Shown here in pieces: positions 61,973-64,000 of a DNA stretch of 64,000 bases. Under the pieces are notes generated by a model. That model saw only the letters and a program-made list of their open reading frames with translations. It was not told where the DNA came from and made no database searches. Within the stretch, counting starts at the first letter, position 1, and every line of letters starts with the position of its first letter. Origin of the DNA: a virus. The position numbers and the translations under genes were made by a program. The stretch is taken from positions 11,887 to 75,886 of IMG/VR virus record IMGVR_UViG_3300005534_000011; one strand, given 5' to 3'.

Positions 61973-62001
61973 ATACCTCCATATTCTGAAGGTATTTTAT
62001 G
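61968..62001 (+). promoter_or_regulatory. late promoter plus RBS-sequestering hairpin of gene 49
   Basis: CATAAATA 61968-61975; AAATACCT (61971-61978) pairs with AGGTATTT (61990-61997). Confidence 0.7.
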
Positions 62002-62454
62002 AAACAATTGACCCCAACCACCGCCAAGAAACACAAAGCCCAGTTGATCATCGATCAGAAGGGGCTCTGTAAGCTATGTGGGCGACCTTTGCCGTCTGAC
62101 ACATCCAAGATACACCTTGATCACGATCACGCCACTGGACACGTCCGAGGTGCCTTACATTCGAGCTGCAACCGAAGTGAAGGGCGGATCAAGAACATCT
62201 ACACCAGATTTGGAGGTGATCCAGAGTTTTGGATTGAGTGGCTGCAACATTTATCCACTTACCTAAAACAAGATTCAACCACTAATCCGCTACACCCGCA
62301 ACATGTGTTAGATCAAGTCCGTAGATTCAAGTCACTAAATAAATCTGAACAAGAACAAAAGCTGATTTCACTCGGTGTCGCTTTTGATGAGAAGGCGACG
62401 AAGACAGACTTAACAAAGCTCTTTTCAAAGTATCTGAAAAGCTTTACAAAATAA
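61999..62454 (+). CDS. 49: recombination endonuclease VII
   Basis: QKGLCKLC, HLDHDHATGHVRGALHSSCN.SEG. Confidence 0.9.
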   Translation: MKQLTPTTAKKHKAQLIIDQKGLCKLCGRPLPSDTSKIHLDHDHATGHVRGALHSSCNRSEGRIKNIYTRFGGDPEFWIEWLQHLSTYLKQDSTTNPLHPQHVLDQVRRFKSLNKSEQEQKLISLGVAFDEKATKTDLTKLFSKYLKSFTK

Positions 62455-62464
62455 GGCATGTAGA

Positions 62465-63247
62465 ATGGGCGCTAAACTAAAACAACCTCGTAAACCAACC
62501 CGCAGAGAAAAGGCGCAAGCCGGACAAGCGGTAAAAGCAGTTGATCAAGGTCTTGGTGGTGCAATTGCACCTCGTAAACGATCTGCTGTTATGGTTGGAC
62601 AGAAACTCAATTTGACAAATTCCCAAAAGATTGTGGGTAATTTAATTAAATCGAAAGGTATCATTTTTGTCGAAGGTACAGCCGGTACTGGTAAAACCAC
62701 TGGTATTCTATCGGAGTTCGTTGAACAATATCTGGCGGATAACACAAAACAGATCATTGTAATTCGCACACCAGTAGAGGCGGGGTCGGATAAAATCGGA
62801 TTCCTACCAAATGGTCTTGACGATAAAATCGAACCTCACTTTGCATCAGCCAAGGACATCTTGAATGTACTACTTGGTCGGGGTAAAGTTGAGTGTGATA
62901 TGAATGAACGAATTCATTTCAAGATCCCTAACTATATGCTTGGTAGCACCCTCGATAATTCGTTGGTGTTGATTGACGAAGCACAGCAAATCCAACCGAT
63001 GATCATGAAATTGCTGTTGGAGCGAGCTGGCAAAAACACTACCATTGTGGTTGCCGGTGACCCAACCCAGTTGTATGTAAATGATACAACCCGGAATGGG
63101 TTAGCACATGCTAAGAGTCAGTTCATCAGTCCAGACGGCGAACCGTATTACCCAACAGTGGATTGCTTCACATTTCCACTCGAAGACTCGAAGACCCGAT
63201 CTGAACTGGCGTATACTGTTGTACACGCTTATAACACAAAACGTTAA
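62465..63247 (+). CDS. phoH: PhoH-family ATPase
   Basis: GTAGTGKT, IGFLP, LIDEAQ, GDPTQ. Confidence 0.9.
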   Translation: MGAKLKQPRKPTRREKAQAGQAVKAVDQGLGGAIAPRKRSAVMVGQKLNLTNSQKIVGNLIKSKGIIFVEGTAGTGKTTGILSEFVEQYLADNTKQIIVIRTPVEAGSDKIGFLPNGLDDKIEPHFASAKDILNVLLGRGKVECDMNERIHFKIPNYMLGSTLDNSLVLIDEAQQIQPMIMKLLLERAGKNTTIVVAGDPTQLYVNDTTRNGLAHAKSQFISPDGEPYYPTVDCFTFPLEDSKTRSELAYTVVHAYNTKR

Positions 63248-63340
63248 TCAAAAACGCCCTTCGGGGCGTTTTTTGTTTCTATTCTGTTTAGATTGACCCG
63301 AAATGATGATAAGATAGCTCCATATCACAAAGAGGTCTGA

Positions 63341-64000
63341 ATGACAAACCAATATCCTGATGTACTGAGTATCATTGAAGCTGTTGCGAATGTTCCCGGC
63401 AAGAATGATAAAGTCGCGATTCTCGAAGCAAACAAAACCAACGAAGACCTAAAGACCGCTGTTTATCTGGCGCTCAATGGGTTGATTTCGTTTTACATCA
63501 AAAAGCTACCAATCGCCACAGAATACCGTGGGTATTACACCCTGCAAACTGCTCTAAAACTAATCCATATTGTATTAGCGGGTCGGCAGAAGACAGGTCA
63601 TGCCGCGATTGAATGGGTCAAACACCTATTGGAATCATGTTCCGAACGCGATGCAGAAGTGGTTCGCCGGGTGATCGGTCGTGACCTACGCATGGGTGCG
63701 TCCGAAGGTTCGGCGGATAAAGTTTGGCCGGGACTGGTTCCATCATTCAATGTGATGTTGGCGACAGCTTACAGTGACAAAGCTCTGGCAAAAATCAAAT
63801 ACCCGGCGATTGCACAACTCAAAGCCGATGGTAGCCGTACCCAAGCTATTGTGGACCTTGACAACCGCACTGCAAGCTTCTGGACTCGTAACGGTAAGCC
63901 TCTTGAGCTTTCTCAGATTTCGATTGATGCAATCCTTGCTGTATTTGATGGAACTGATTGGACCGGTAAGGTTGTCCTTGATGGTGAAATTGTCTACCGC
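63341..64000 (+). CDS. 30: ATP-dependent DNA ligase gp30 (partial, runs off window)
   Basis: Not in ORF track; GAGG RBS; VMLA, AQLKADGSR (KxDG), TRNGK, VLDGEIV. Confidence 0.9.
   Translation, partial: MTNQYPDVLSIIEAVANVPGKNDKVAILEANKTNEDLKTAVYLALNGLISFYIKKLPIATEYRGYYTLQTALKLIHIVLAGRQKTGHAAIEWVKHLLESCSERDAEVVRRVIGRDLRMGASEGSADKVWPGLVPSFNVMLATAYSDKALAKIKYPAIAQLKADGSRTQAIVDLDNRTASFWTRNGKPLELSQISIDAILAVFDGTDWTGKVVLDGEIVYR

Noticed and set aside
1-64000. tRNA or rRNA genes
   Set aside because: No convincing cloverleaf with T-loop and acceptor stem seen by eye; tRNAscan-SE would be needed to exclude them

Overview
This window is part of a large lytic dsDNA phage genome with a T4-like core, probably infecting a gammaproteobacterium. 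A Pseudomonas-like host is hinted at by a mini-prepilin, an Rsm-type RNA motif and an ArgT/HisJ-type binding protein, but is not proven. 1-12 kb: dense small hypothetical ORFs, including a CYTH protein, a cyclic-phosphate receiver protein, a Lar-like zinc finger and an HNH nuclease. About 12.1-32.6 kb: an island of small same-strand genes bounded by two unusual non-coding tracts and built from about 30 repeated sigma70 promoter cassettes. The cassettes carry a TTTGATGYAA box and often a hairpin that embeds the -35. The island has similar winged-helix genes near both ends and contains a T7 0.7-like kinase, HicA-like and GNAT-like genes, a mini-prepilin, several promoter-driven non-coding units and two convergent sigma54-like site pairs. 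37.7-44.3 kb (minus strand): a late tail-fibre operon with a single gp34/gp37-like fibre, a gp38-like adhesin, a PP-loop enzyme, an amino-acid ABC substrate-binding protein and a small lipoprotein. 45-64 kb: T4-like replication and nucleotide genes (rnh, rIIA, rIIB, dsbA, 33, 59, 32, frd, td, nrdA, nrdB, spanins, cd, 31, Pth2, NADAR-like, 49, phoH, partial ligase). All calls are by-eye motif recognition; no database searches were run.
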